Source: an uncultured Gemmatimonadaceae bacterium
GTDB lineage: Bacteria; Gemmatimonadota; Gemmatimonadetes; Gemmatimonadales; Gemmatimonadaceae
DNA length: 64,000 bases
Assembly: GCA_963822945.1 (NCBI GenBank)
Contig: CAWGJO010000020.1
Span: forward strand, 544,001 to 608,000
Direction of reading: 5' to 3'
Shown: one piece after another, positions 50,379-60,802 of the stretch
Numbering within the stretch: position 1 is the stretch's first letter
Layout: each line of letters starts with the position of its first letter
The notes under the pieces: model-generated
Database searches by the model: none
Seen by the model: only the letters and a program-made list of their open reading frames with translations
Told to the model about the DNA's origin: nothing
Translations under genes and position numbers: made by a program

Positions 50379-51419
50379 ATGCGAAAGCTGCTCATCCTCG
50401 TGGGCGTGCTGCTCGCCGCCCACGCGGTGTTGCTCTTCGTGCACCCGGCCGGCGCGGTCTCTCCCGTCATCGACCCCAATGCGGTCAACGTGGGCATCGT
50501 GTTCGACGTCGGGGGCCGTGGCGACAAGTCGTTCAACGACGCGGCGTACCTGGGTGGCGAGCGGGCCGAGAAGGAACTCGGCGTCCACGTACGGTTCATC
50601 GAACCCGGGGACGGCTCGGACCGGGAGGCCGGGCTCCGCATTCTCGCCGCCGAGGGGATGAAGCTGGTGATCGGGATCGGGTTCATCTTCACCGATGATC
50701 TCCTGCAGCTCGCCAAGGAGTATCCGCACACCGACTTCGCGGGTGTCGACTTCTCGGTGGCCACCGACAGCGCCGGCCATCCCATTCCGCCCCCGCCCAA
50801 CCTCGCGGCGCTCAAGTTTCGCGAGGAGGAGGGCTCCTTCCTGGTCGGTGCGCTGGCGGCGATGGTGGGCCATTCCAAGAAGGTGGGATTCATCGGCGGG
50901 ATGAACTCGCCGCTCATTCAGAAATTCCAGGCCGGCTACGCGGCGGGCGTCCACTACGTGTGCCCCGACTGCCAGGTGATCGCGCAGTACGCCGGTGTCA
51001 CGCCCGACGCGTTCCGGAATCCGGGCAAGGGAAAGGAGTTGGCGCTCTCCCAGTACCAGAACGGCGTGAACGTGATCTTCCACGCCTCGGGCTCCACGGG
51101 GCTGGGCGTGTTCGAGGCCGCGCGGCAGACCAACAAGCTGGCCATCGGGGTGGACGCCGATCAGTACTCGGAAGCGCCGGGCCACGTGCTCACGTCCATG
51201 GTGAAGGGCGTCGATGCCGCCGTGTTCGACGTCATCAAGCGCGTGAAGGACGGCACGTTCAAGGGCGGGATCTACTCCTTCGGGCTCGCCCAGAACGGGG
51301 TGCGTTACGTCTATGACGAGCACAACAAGGCGCTGATTCCCGACAGCGTCCACGCGCGGCTGGAGCAGCTCAAGGCCGACATCATCGCCGGCAAGATCAA
51401 AGTGCCCACCACCCCATGA
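50379..51419 (+). CDS. BMP family (nucleoside) ABC transporter substrate-binding protein
   Basis: GG.GDKSFN, F.EEEGSFLVG, GF.GG and IGVDADQ. Confidence 0.9.
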   Translation: MRKLLILVGVLLAAHAVLLFVHPAGAVSPVIDPNAVNVGIVFDVGGRGDKSFNDAAYLGGERAEKELGVHVRFIEPGDGSDREAGLRILAAEGMKLVIGIGFIFTDDLLQLAKEYPHTDFAGVDFSVATDSAGHPIPPPPNLAALKFREEEGSFLVGALAAMVGHSKKVGFIGGMNSPLIQKFQAGYAAGVHYVCPDCQVIAQYAGVTPDAFRNPGKGKELALSQYQNGVNVIFHASGSTGLGVFEAARQTNKLAIGVDADQYSEAPGHVLTSMVKGVDAAVFDVIKRVKDGTFKGGIYSFGLAQNGVRYVYDEHNKALIPDSVHARLEQLKADIIAGKIKVPTTP

Positions 51420-52984
51420 CCACGCCCTCCGGAGCCCCGGTCCCGACGTCCGGCGCCGTGGCCGTATCCATGCGCGGCATCGACAAGTCGTTCGGCCCGG
51501 TGCGCGCCAACCGGGGTGCCTCGCTGGAAGTGGCGCGCGGCGAGATCCACGCACTGGTAGGCGAGAACGGGGCCGGCAAGTCCACGCTGATGCGCGTGCT
51601 GAGCGGCATGTACGCGCCGAGCGCCGGCACGATGATCGTCAACGGGCACGACGTCACCGGGTGGACGACGGCCAGGGCCATCGCGGCCGGCGTCGGCATG
51701 GTGCATCAGCACTTCATGCTCGTCCCCACGCTCACCGTGGCTGAGAACATCGTGCTCGGACGCGAGATCACCTCGGCAGGGCAGCTCGACCGTGGAGCGG
51801 CCGAGCGCGCAGTGGCCGACCTCGGCGCGCGCACGGGGCTGGTGGTGGCCCCCGGCCGCAAGGTCAGCGATCTGTCGGTGGGGGAGGCGCAACGGGTGGA
51901 GATCCTCAAGACGCTCTACCGCGGCGCGAAGATCCTCATTCTCGACGAGCCCACGGCGGTGCTCTCGCCACCCGAGGTCGATGAGCTCTGGCGCGTGCTG
52001 GCACGCATGCGCGATGCCGGGGACACGATCATTCTCATCACCCACAAGCTCGACGAGGTGATGGAGATCTCGGACACCGTCACGGTGATGCGGCACGGGC
52101 AGACGGTGGGGCGCGTGGCCACGCGCGACACCTCGCCGGCCCAGCTGGCCCGGATGATGGTGGGCCGCGACGTGGTACTGGCCGGCGAAGGACGACCGGC
52201 GCCCGTGCCGACGGTCAGCGCCGCAACGCAGCAGCCGGTGCTCGAGGTTCGCGAACTCACGGTGGCCGACCCGCGCAAGGCGCACGCCGTGGACGCGGTG
52301 AGCTTCTCCGTAGCGCCGGGCGAGATCCTCGGCATCGCCGGAGTCGAGGGAAACGGACAGACGGAACTCATCGAGGCGATCGCCGGGCTCCGGGCGGTGG
52401 CGTCGGGCGCGGTCCTGCTGGACGGCCGTGACGTGACTCGGCAGAGCGTACGGGAGCGAGGGGATGCCGGGCTCTCGCACATCCCCGAGGACCGGCAGCA
52501 GCGCGGCCTGGTGCTCGACTATTCGATCGCCGAGAATCTGGTGCTCGGCCAGCAGCACCGGTTCTCGCGTCACGGGATGCTGGACGAGGCCCGTATCGCG
52601 GACAACGCCCGCCGGCAGATCGACCGGTTCGACATCCGCCCGGTGGATCCGGCAGCGCCCGCGCGGGCGCTCTCCGGCGGCAATCAGCAGAAGGTGGTCG
52701 TGGCCCGTGAGATGGGCCGCGACTTCAGCGTGCTGCTCGCCGCCCAGCCCACGCGCGGCGTGGACGTGGGCGCCATCGAGTTCATCCATACGCAATTGCG
52801 CAACGCGCGCGCCGAAGGCAAGGCGGTGCTGCTGGTGTCGGCCGACCTGACCGAAGTGCTGGCCCTCTCCGATCGCATCGCCGTGATGTATGGCGGCCGG
52901 TTTGCCGTAGTGCTGCAGCGGTCGGACGCCAACGAGGAGATCCTGGGCGCCTACATGACCGGCGCTTCGGGGCGGGCCGCGTGA
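51416..52984 (+). CDS. Nucleoside/sugar ABC transporter ATP-binding protein (double NBD)
   Basis: [28 protein letters not shown] and LSGGNQQK. Confidence 0.92.
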   Translation: MTTPSGAPVPTSGAVAVSMRGIDKSFGPVRANRGASLEVARGEIHALVGENGAGKSTLMRVLSGMYAPSAGTMIVNGHDVTGWTTARAIAAGVGMVHQHFMLVPTLTVAENIVLGREITSAGQLDRGAAERAVADLGARTGLVVAPGRKVSDLSVGEAQRVEILKTLYRGAKILILDEPTAVLSPPEVDELWRVLARMRDAGDTIILITHKLDEVMEISDTVTVMRHGQTVGRVATRDTSPAQLARMMVGRDVVLAGEGRPAPVPTVSAATQQPVLEVRELTVADPRKAHAVDAVSFSVAPGEILGIAGVEGNGQTELIEAIAGLRAVASGAVLLDGRDVTRQSVRERGDAGLSHIPEDRQQRGLVLDYSIAENLVLGQQHRFSRHGMLDEARIADNARRQIDRFDIRPVDPAAPARALSGGNQQKVVVAREMGRDFSVLLAAQPTRGVDVGAIEFIHTQLRNARAEGKAVLLVSADLTEVLALSDRIAVMYGGRFAVVLQRSDANEEILGAYMTGASGRAA

Positions 52985-54084
52985 CGGCGCCGGCGACCAC
53001 GGGGGCCGAGTCGCGCGGCCGCCGGCTACGCGCGCAGTTCGAGGAAGCGGTGTTGCCGGCCATCGTGGCCCTGCTCATCGCGGCGCTCGTGGGCGACATC
53101 CTGATCATCACCTACGGCCAGTCTCCGGCTGCCGTGTACCGGTTGCTCATCGAAGGCACGTGGGGAAACGCGTACGGGTTGGGGCAGGTGCTCTACAAGG
53201 CCACGACGCTCACCTTCACCGGTCTGGCGGTGGCTATCGGGTTGCGGGCCGGGTTGTTCAACATCGGCGCCGAGAGCCAGCTCGCGGCCGGGGGATTCCT
53301 GGCGGGCGTGGTCGGCACACTGCTGCCCACGGGCATTCCGGCGGTGGTGGTGCTGCCCCTGTTCATCCTGGCCGCGGCCGTGGGTGGGGGACTCGTGGGA
53401 GGCGCTGCGGGTGTGCTCAAGTCGAAGTGGGGCGCGCACGAGGTGATCACCACGATCATGCTCAACTTCATCGTGCTGGCGCTGCTGAACTACCTCACGG
53501 TGGCGCACTTCAAGGTGTTCGATACGCTGCACACGGCCGATATCCGGAGCGGCGCCATCGCGCGGCTCTCGGTCGTGCTGCCCGCGTTCCACGGGTCGGC
53601 GGCGAACCTCGTGCTGCTGCTCGCGCTTGCCGCCGCGGCGGTTGCGTGGTGGTACCTGTTCCGGTCGCGGGCGGGCTACGAATTACGCGCCGCCGGCCTC
53701 CAGCCCGGTGCGGCCGAGTACGGCGGTGTGAACGTGGCGACCATCTGGTGGAAGGCCATGCTCATCTCGGGGGCCGTGGCCGGGATCGGCGGTCTCAACT
53801 TCGTGCTGGGCTACAAGCACTATTACGAGGACGGGTTCAGCACGGGCGCCGGATTCCTCGGCATCGCCGTGGCCCTGGTGGGCCGCAACAATCCGATCGG
53901 CGTGGTGCTGGCGGCGCTCCTCTTCGGCACGCTGTCGCAGGGCGGTTTGGCGGTGAACGCGCTGGTGCCGAAGCAGATGGTCGAAGTGCTCCAGGCGGTG
54001 GTAATCATCGCCGTGGCGACTTCGGTGCCCGAGGTGCGGCGCCTGCTGCGCAGCGTGCGCAGGCACGGAGGGCCGGACGCATGA
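52981..54084 (+). CDS. Nucleoside ABC transporter permease
   Basis: GLFNIGAE.Q, EVITTIMLN and G.LGIAVAL.G.N.P; multi-TM. Confidence 0.9.
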   Translation: MTAPATTGAESRGRRLRAQFEEAVLPAIVALLIAALVGDILIITYGQSPAAVYRLLIEGTWGNAYGLGQVLYKATTLTFTGLAVAIGLRAGLFNIGAESQLAAGGFLAGVVGTLLPTGIPAVVVLPLFILAAAVGGGLVGGAAGVLKSKWGAHEVITTIMLNFIVLALLNYLTVAHFKVFDTLHTADIRSGAIARLSVVLPAFHGSAANLVLLLALAAAAVAWWYLFRSRAGYELRAAGLQPGAAEYGGVNVATIWWKAMLISGAVAGIGGLNFVLGYKHYYEDGFSTGAGFLGIAVALVGRNNPIGVVLAALLFGTLSQGGLAVNALVPKQMVEVLQAVVIIAVATSVPEVRRLLRSVRRHGGPDA

Positions 54085-54962
54085 TGCTGCTCGCCTTCCT
54101 CTCGCAGACCATACGGATCGCGATGCCCTACCTGTTCGCCTCGGCGGGCGGGGTGCTCTCGGAGCGGGTGGGGCTCATCGGCCTCGGCCTCGAGGGGTAC
54201 ATGTTGTCCGGGGCATTCTGCGCAGCACTGGGTGGCTACTACTCGCACAGCCCCTGGGTGGGCGTGCTCGCCGGCATCGCGGGGGGCGGCGCGTTTGCGG
54301 CGTTGTACGGCCTCTGCTCCATTCGCTACAAGGCCGACCAGGTGGTGGTCGGCGTCGCCATCAACCTGCTCGCCGTCGGCATCACGCGGTTCTTCCTGCG
54401 CTTCACCTTCGGCAGCTCCTCCAACTCGCCCCGGGTACCCGGGTTCTCGGTGGCCGAGACGGGCAGCGGATTCCTCGCCCTCACCCACAACCCGCTCATC
54501 TGGCTGGGCGCCTTCGCCATCCCGGTGGTGGGCTGGGTGTTGTACCGCACACCGTTCGGGCTGCGCGTGCGCGCGGTGGGCGAGCATCCGGGGGCTGCAC
54601 TGTCGGTCGGGGTGCCCGTGGCCCGGGTGCAGTGGATGGCCGTACTCCTCTCGGGGGCCATTGCCGGAATGGGAGGGGCATATCTGGCCCTGGATCAGCA
54701 CCAGTTCACCGACCAGATGACGGCAGGCCGCGGCTTCATTGCCCTGGCAGCCATTATCTTCGGTCGATGGGATCCACCCCGCGTGGGGCTGGCGTGCCTG
54801 TTGTTCGCGGCGGCGGAGACCTTCCAGATCCGGCTCCAGGGCGCGGCGCTCGTTCCCGCGCAGTTCGTGGAAATGATACCCTATCTGCTCACGATCGTGG
54901 CGCTGGCCGGCGTCGTGGGACGGGCGGTCCCCCCCGCTGCACTCGGCAAGACGGACGAGTAA
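54081..54962 (+). CDS. Nucleoside ABC transporter permease
   Basis: SER.G...GLEG, TPFGLR.RAVGEHP and GRGFIALAA.IFG.W.P; C-terminal part of track ORF 53160-54962. Confidence 0.9.
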   Translation: MMLLAFLSQTIRIAMPYLFASAGGVLSERVGLIGLGLEGYMLSGAFCAALGGYYSHSPWVGVLAGIAGGGAFAALYGLCSIRYKADQVVVGVAINLLAVGITRFFLRFTFGSSSNSPRVPGFSVAETGSGFLALTHNPLIWLGAFAIPVVGWVLYRTPFGLRVRAVGEHPGAALSVGVPVARVQWMAVLLSGAIAGMGGAYLALDQHQFTDQMTAGRGFIALAAIIFGRWDPPRVGLACLLFAAAETFQIRLQGAALVPAQFVEMIPYLLTIVALAGVVGRAVPPAALGKTDE

Positions 54963-55050
54963 CCGAATTCTCCGAAAAGAACCCTGACATTCGGGCCGTT
55001 TGTCCTCGCGCCCGGATGGCGCTTGATTTCGAGTCCACATTTTCGCCCGC

Positions 55051-56376
55051 GTGACCTCCGTGCCCGGATCCCCGCAGTCGTCCGCTCCGCCGAACGGCAC
55101 GCCGTTCGGCAAGCTCGCCGTACTGATGGTGACGGCGTTCATCGACATGGTTGGCCTGTTGATGATCGTCCCACTGTTGCCGTTCTACGCCGAGTCCCTC
55201 GGCGGCAACGGCCTCATGGTCGGCTTGCTGGTGTCGTCGTATGCGGTGGCGCAGCTCATCAGTGCTCCGTACTGGGGACGGCTCTCCGACCGGCACGGCC
55301 GCCGCCCCGCGCTCCTGGTTGGGCTCACGGCGTCGGCCATCGCGTACGTGATCTTCGGCTACGCCAGTTCACTCTGGCTGCTCTTCCTGTCGCGCATCGT
55401 GCAGGGAGCCGGCGGGGGCACGGTGAGCGTGATCCAGGCCTACGTCGCCGACGCCACGGCGCCCGAGGACCGCGCCAAGAGCCTGGGCTGGCTCTCCGCC
55501 GCCACCAATGCGGGCGTGGTGATCGGTCCGGCGCTGGGTTCGTTCAGCATGGGCGCGGGCGTGCACGCCCCGGGGCTCGCCGCGGCGGCCCTCTGTCTGG
55601 TCAACATTCTGTTCGCCATGCGATACCTCACGGAATCGCGCGACATGAAGGAGGCGCAGTCGCGGCCCGTGGCCAAGGGCCGCTCGCGCGAGGCGCTCGT
55701 CCGCGTGATCACACATTCGAGCGAGCCGGCGTCGCGCCTCATCTGGATCTATTCGCTGGCCATGGGGGCGTTCCAGGGAATGACGGCCATCCTGGCGCTG
55801 TTTCTCGCCGCCCGGTTCAGTGTGACCACCAAGACGATCGGATACTTCTTCATGTACATCGGGGCGATCTCCATGCTCACGCGGGCCGTGATCCTGGGGC
55901 ACGCCGTCGATCGGTTCGGGGAGCTCCGGCTATCGCGCCTGGGCGCCACGCTGCTGGCGGCGGGGCTGGTGATCATTCCGTTCACGCGTCCGGCCATCGA
56001 CCCGCACGTGCTGGGCACGCTGTTCGGCGGCGCGGCACCCGCTTGGGTGGCGACACTCGCGCCGTACGTGCCCCTCGCCATCGCCATCGCGTTGGTCCCG
56101 CTGGGCACGGCGTTCACCTTCCCCTGCGTGACCGCGATGCTGTCGCAGGTCACGCCGAGTCATGAACGCGGGCTGTATATGGGGGTTCAGCAGACGTTCG
56201 GCGGCATGGCGCGCGTCATCTTCCCCATCCTTGCCGGTTGGATGTTCGATAGCGTGATCGCCCTCCCCTTCCTGGTGTCGGCCGGGTTGGTGATCAGCAC
56301 GATCTTTCTCGGGTTCGGACTCCAGGCCCACGTCACGCCCTACCGGGCCATGGCGCGGAAGGCCGCCGACGGCTGA
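55051..56376 (+). CDS. MFS transporter (DHA1/TetA-like)
   Basis: WGRLSDRHGRRP motif A, AYVAD and GPALG; about 12 TM helices. Confidence 0.88.
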   Translation: MTSVPGSPQSSAPPNGTPFGKLAVLMVTAFIDMVGLLMIVPLLPFYAESLGGNGLMVGLLVSSYAVAQLISAPYWGRLSDRHGRRPALLVGLTASAIAYVIFGYASSLWLLFLSRIVQGAGGGTVSVIQAYVADATAPEDRAKSLGWLSAATNAGVVIGPALGSFSMGAGVHAPGLAAAALCLVNILFAMRYLTESRDMKEAQSRPVAKGRSREALVRVITHSSEPASRLIWIYSLAMGAFQGMTAILALFLAARFSVTTKTIGYFFMYIGAISMLTRAVILGHAVDRFGELRLSRLGATLLAAGLVIIPFTRPAIDPHVLGTLFGGAAPAWVATLAPYVPLAIAIALVPLGTAFTFPCVTAMLSQVTPSHERGLYMGVQQTFGGMARVIFPILAGWMFDSVIALPFLVSAGLVISTIFLGFGLQAHVTPYRAMARKAADG

Positions 56377-56404
56377 CGCGCGGCCGGCGGCGGGTACCGA
56401 GGCG

Positions 56405-57019
56405 TCAGTTGGTGCTCTCGGCTCCCGGCTCGCTGGCCAGCACGGCCTTGGCGATCTCCACCATCGGCACCGAGCGATCCTGGCTGGTGCGCTGCAGGAT
56501 GCGGTAGGCTTCCTGCTCCGACGACCCGGTGCGCCGCATGAGAATGCCCTTCGCGCGCTCGATGGTCTTCCGGTTCTCCAACGCCTGCCGGGCGCCCTCC
56601 GCGTCCTTGCGGGCGGACGCGAGTTCCTTGGCGCGCGTGGCGGCCAACCGGATGGTGGAATCGAGCACGCGCGGCGGCGCCGGCTTGGGCAGGAATGCAA
56701 TGGCCGCGGTGGCGGCGACATCGTGATCGGAGAGCGTGAGCGCCTGATCGCCGCTGAACAGCACGACCGCAATGCCCGGCGTCGTCTGCGTGATCGCTTC
56801 CGCCGCTTCGATGCCCGACCCGTCGGGCATGTGCACGTCGAGCAGCACGATGTCCGGCACGAGCTCGGCGGCGCGCTCCTGCGCTTCGCGTCCCGAACCG
56901 ACCTCGGCGACTACGATGTGTCCGAGCGCCGACAGAAGTTCAACGAGTAGAGAGCGCGCATTGGCGTCGTCTTCGGCGACCAAGATGCGGATCTGAGGGG
57001 TTCCTTCAGTCATTGCCAC
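56405..57019 (-). CDS. REC-ANTAR response regulator (AmiR/NasT/PdtaR-like)
   Basis: Receiver domain plus LENRKTIERAKGILM....SEQEAY..LQ..S. Confidence 0.92.
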   Translation of the reverse strand: MAMTEGTPQIRILVAEDDANARSLLVELLSALGHIVVAEVGSGREAQERAAELVPDIVLLDVHMPDGSGIEAAEAITQTTPGIAVVLFSGDQALTLSDHDVAATAAIAFLPKPAPPRVLDSTIRLAATRAKELASARKDAEGARQALENRKTIERAKGILMRRTGSSEQEAYRILQRTSQDRSVPMVEIAKAVLASEPGAESTN

Positions 57020-57042
57020 AAAATTAGGGGTTCAACCGCTCA

Positions 57043-59010
57043 CTACGCCAGCACGATGTTTGTCGAGGCCGCTACCTGGGCCAGCAGGTCGGACGTTCTG
57101 ACCGGCTTCCGCAGGAGGAAGTCGGTCGCCGAAGTATTACCCCGCGGTTCCCATCCGGTAACAACGCCGATTCTGAGCTTCGGCCACCGGGACCTGGCGT
57201 GTGTGACCAGATCCCAGCCACTCCCGTCGGGCAGGCCGATGTCGGTGACCAGCACGTCGTACGGCGGCGTTTCCCCCTCGCCCAGGCTGGCTTTGGCTTC
57301 CTCGATACAGGTGACGACCTCCACGCTATGGCCGTCGCTCTCCAGCAGCGCCTGCATGAACTCCCGGCTGTCGGCGTGGTCCTCCACCAGGAGTACCCGG
57401 CGGGGGGTGCGGCGGGCAAGGAGGTCGATCACCGGCTTGGTGGGCCCCTCGACGGCGATCGGGAATACCATCCGGATCGTCGTGCCCTTGCCGGGCGCGG
57501 AGTCGATCTCGGCCCGCCCGCGGTGGCGCCTGGCGATGCCGTACACCTCGGCCAGGCCCAGGCCGGTGCCCGCCTGCCCCTTGGTGGTGAAGAAGGGCTC
57601 GAAGGCCCGTTCGCGAACCTCGTCGGACATGCCGGTGCCGGTATCCCGCACTTCTAGCGCCACTTCGTCCCCGATGATGCGGGTGACGATGCCCAGGGTG
57701 CCGCCGCCGTGCATCGCGTCGAGCGCGTTCTGCACGAGGTTCAGCAGCGCCTCGCGGATCTCGCCCGGAATGCCGCGGATCATCGACCCGGGGGCCAGCA
57801 CGCGCTCCAGCTGGATCTGGCCGCCGCGGGCCCGCTCCGCCCACAGCGGGCGCGTCATCGCCACGACCTCGTCGCACACCGAGGTCAGATCGATCAGCTC
57901 ATCACGTTCGCCCTTCATGGGCTCCTGGCGGATGAACCGTCCCACCCGGGCGGCGGTGGCGGCTCCCGTCTCGGCGGCCTTGGCGATGCGCACGGCGTAG
58001 TCTCGCACGGCCTCCGGCTTGTCGGCATTGGTCTCGAGCAGATACGCCGCCGCCATGATCGGATTGAGCGCGTTGTTCACGTCGTGCATCACGCCCGCCG
58101 CGAGTTGCCCCACCGCGGCCAGGCGTCGTTCACGGGAACGGGCTTCCTGCAGCGCCAGCAGCTCCTGGGTGCGCTCCTGGACCATGCGTTCCAGGCGCTC
58201 GGCTTCGGTCGAGACGCGCTCGTACAGCTCGGCGGTCCGGCGCGCCTCCTCCTCGAGTTGCTGCTGCAGTTGGGTCCGGAAGGTGACGTCGCGTTCCACC
58301 GTGACCGCGCCGCGGATGCGTCCCTGCTCGTCGTAGAGCGGGTTCGCATTCACATCGATGATCATTGCCGCGTCCGGGCCACGCCGCACTTCGAGACGTT
58401 CGCCCCGCACCCGCTCGCCCCGCAGAGCGCGCGCCGTCGGGTGTTCGTGCACGAACAGGCTGGTGCCGTCGAGGGTGCGCGGACGGTCGAGTTGCCACAG
58501 CTCCCGCAGCGTATTGGGCGTGTTGGGCGCATGGTCGAGCTGCGCCTGCGTGTTCGTGCGCAGAGTGTTGCCGTCGCCATCCACCACGCGCACCGAATCG
58601 GGAATAACGTCGAAGATCGACTCGAGCTGCGCGACGCTGCGGGCCAGGTCCTGACGCAGTTCCTCGCGTTCGGTGAGGTCGTTGCCGGCAAAGATCACCC
58701 CGCGCCCGCCCGACTCCGTGGTGATGGGCACGAAGGTCGCCTCGATCAACCGGGGTCCGTTCCGATGCTGGAACGTCACCGGATGGGCGATCACGGGAAC
58801 GCCGTGCACCGCCGAGTCGATCTGTTCGGTGAGATCGGCCTGGGCGTTCGGAAACGCGTCGTATACCGAGTGGCCCTGCGCCGCCTGCACCGACGTGTCG
58901 ATCAGGTCGTAATAGCGCGGATTGGCGCTCATCAACTCCAGCTTCGAGTTGAACACGGCAATCGCATGGGAGATCGCTTCGAACAACGGTTCGAAACGAG
59001 CCGTCGGCAT
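57043..59010 (-). CDS. Cytoplasmic PAS-PAS hybrid histidine kinase with receiver (start uncertain, may extend to 59064)
   Basis: Two PAS domains; G.LAAGVMHDVNN, NLVQNA.DA, EPFFTTKG..GTGLGL; C-terminal REC. Confidence 0.9.
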   Translation of the reverse strand: MPTARFEPLFEAISHAIAVFNSKLELMSANPRYYDLIDTSVQAAQGHSVYDAFPNAQADLTEQIDSAVHGVPVIAHPVTFQHRNGPRLIEATFVPITTESGGRGVIFAGNDLTEREELRQDLARSVAQLESIFDVIPDSVRVVDGDGNTLRTNTQAQLDHAPNTPNTLRELWQLDRPRTLDGTSLFVHEHPTARALRGERVRGERLEVRRGPDAAMIIDVNANPLYDEQGRIRGAVTVERDVTFRTQLQQQLEEEARRTAELYERVSTEAERLERMVQERTQELLALQEARSRERRLAAVGQLAAGVMHDVNNALNPIMAAAYLLETNADKPEAVRDYAVRIAKAAETGAATAARVGRFIRQEPMKGERDELIDLTSVCDEVVAMTRPLWAERARGGQIQLERVLAPGSMIRGIPGEIREALLNLVQNALDAMHGGGTLGIVTRIIGDEVALEVRDTGTGMSDEVRERAFEPFFTTKGQAGTGLGLAEVYGIARRHRGRAEIDSAPGKGTTIRMVFPIAVEGPTKPVIDLLARRTPRRVLLVEDHADSREFMQALLESDGHSVEVVTCIEEAKASLGEGETPPYDVLVTDIGLPDGSGWDLVTHARSRWPKLRIGVVTGWEPRGNTSATDFLLRKPVRTSDLLAQVAASTNIVLA

Positions 59011-59201
59011 GCTGTTCCGCTGGCCGGTTCTGGACTCCGATTTCACAGGCGGGGCCTTTCCCATAGGGGAGAGTGGTCGGGGCGACGCACGCAACCGCGT
59101 CGCGACGCGTAGGCGTCCTTCCTAGACTGACGCGCGCCGGCCGCTAAAGTCAATGCAAATCGGGGCCTGGAATGGGCTTGACAAACATTTCGCCTCACCG
59201 G

Positions 59202-60764
59202 TCAGTGCCCTCCCAACTGCGTACTGCCGGGACGGCGGAGCAGCGGAACCAGGGGCAGAGCCGCGAGGATGGCCACCCCGACCCAGAGAAATACGTGTTC
59301 GAAGGCGATGACGTAGGCCTGACCGTTGATGATCCGGTCGAGCGCCGCGAGCGCCTGCCGCTTGGCCGTGAACAGGTTGGATCCCCGGGCGACGAACGCT
59401 CGCTGCATGGCCTGCAGCCGCAGATAGGTGCCGATCCCGGTCCGCGAGGCGTGGCTCACCAGCACGGCGCGATTCACGGCCACATCCCGCGTCAGATAGG
59501 TGGCCAGCAGGGAGAGCCCGAGGCTGCCTCCGAGCTGCCGCGTGAGGTTGAAGATGGCCGAACCGTGGCCCAGCGCGCGTCCGCGCAATCCGGCCACGGC
59601 CGATGCGGTGAGGGGCACGAAGATCATCCCCAGCGCCGCTCCGCGGGTGATGATCAGCCAGTGCCAGTACGACTCCGGCACGCCGGCAGTGAGATGGGAG
59701 TGCAGCCACATCGAGTAGGCCAGCAGCAATGCGCCGGCGGCAATCGACCACCGCACGTCGATCCGGTCGCCGAAGCGCGCCATGGGCACCATCATGGCCG
59801 CCGAGGCAATCGCCCCCGAGAGCAGCAGGATGCCGGCCGTCTCGGCGTCGTAGTGCAGAATCTGCTGCATGAACAGCGGCTCGGCGAAGATACTCCCGTA
59901 GAGGCCGGCCCCCAGGGCGAACGCGAACAGCGATCCCGCGGCAAGCGAGCGATCCTTCAACACACGCAGGTCGAGAATCGGCTCGTCCACGTGCAACTCC
60001 CAGACGATCATCGACACGATGCCGACGACCGCGGTCACGGCAAGGGCCGTGATGAGCCGGGAGTCGAACCAGTCGTAGTGTTCGCCGCGTTCGAGCACGA
60101 ACTGCAACGAGCCGATGCCGACCGCGAGCAGTCCGACCCCCACGACATCGATGCGGCCCGGTTTCCGGATATCCACGTGGTCGTGCACGAACAGCGAGAC
60201 GACGAAGAACGACAGCATCCCCACGGGGATATTGATGAAGAAGATCCACGGCCACGAGTAATGGGTGACGATAATGCCGCCCAGCGTGGGCCCGATGGCG
60301 GGCCCGACGATCATGCCGAGGCCGAAAATGGCCGCCGCGACGGTCTTCTGATGGGGCGGAAACGCGTCGAACAGGATGGCCTGGGCTGTGGCAATGAGCG
60401 CACCGCCGCCGAGCCCCTGCATGAGCCGCCAGAAGACGAGGGCGCCGAGCGTTCCCGACGTGCCGCAGAAGAAGCTCGACACGGTGAAGATGGTGACCGA
60501 GGCCAGGAAATACCGCCGCCGGCCGAAATAGGCGGCGAGCCATCCCGTCATGGGCAGTACGATAACCGCCGAGAGGATGTACCCGATCACCACCCAGGTG
60601 ATCTCGTCGATGGTGACGCCGAGATTCGCGCTCATGTCGGCGAGCGCGACGTTCACGATGCTCGTGTCGATCAGCTCCATCACGGCGCCGAGGATGACGC
60701 CGAGAGCGATCAGGTATCGGTGGGCGTATGCCGGGTTGTACTCGAGAGCGGCAGAGTCAGTCAT
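59202..60764 (-). CDS. DHA2 family MFS efflux permease (EmrB/QacA)
   Basis: D.SIVNVAL, GPAIGPTLGG and WPWIFFINIPVG; about 14 TM helices. Confidence 0.92.
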   Translation of the reverse strand: MTDSAALEYNPAYAHRYLIALGVILGAVMELIDTSIVNVALADMSANLGVTIDEITWVVIGYILSAVIVLPMTGWLAAYFGRRRYFLASVTIFTVSSFFCGTSGTLGALVFWRLMQGLGGGALIATAQAILFDAFPPHQKTVAAAIFGLGMIVGPAIGPTLGGIIVTHYSWPWIFFINIPVGMLSFFVVSLFVHDHVDIRKPGRIDVVGVGLLAVGIGSLQFVLERGEHYDWFDSRLITALAVTAVVGIVSMIVWELHVDEPILDLRVLKDRSLAAGSLFAFALGAGLYGSIFAEPLFMQQILHYDAETAGILLLSGAIASAAMMVPMARFGDRIDVRWSIAAGALLLAYSMWLHSHLTAGVPESYWHWLIITRGAALGMIFVPLTASAVAGLRGRALGHGSAIFNLTRQLGGSLGLSLLATYLTRDVAVNRAVLVSHASRTGIGTYLRLQAMQRAFVARGSNLFTAKRQALAALDRIINGQAYVIAFEHVFLWVGVAILAALPLVPLLRRPGSTQLGGH

Positions 60765-60802
60765 GGTCGGCCCGGAATGCTACACCGCGAATGCCGGAAC
60801 GA

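Noticed and set aside
57014..57023. TGCCACAAAA, a 9/10 match to the operator box
   Set aside because: Single copy with no partner at 21 bp; it overlaps the ANTAR start codon on the opposite strand, so it is probably chance.
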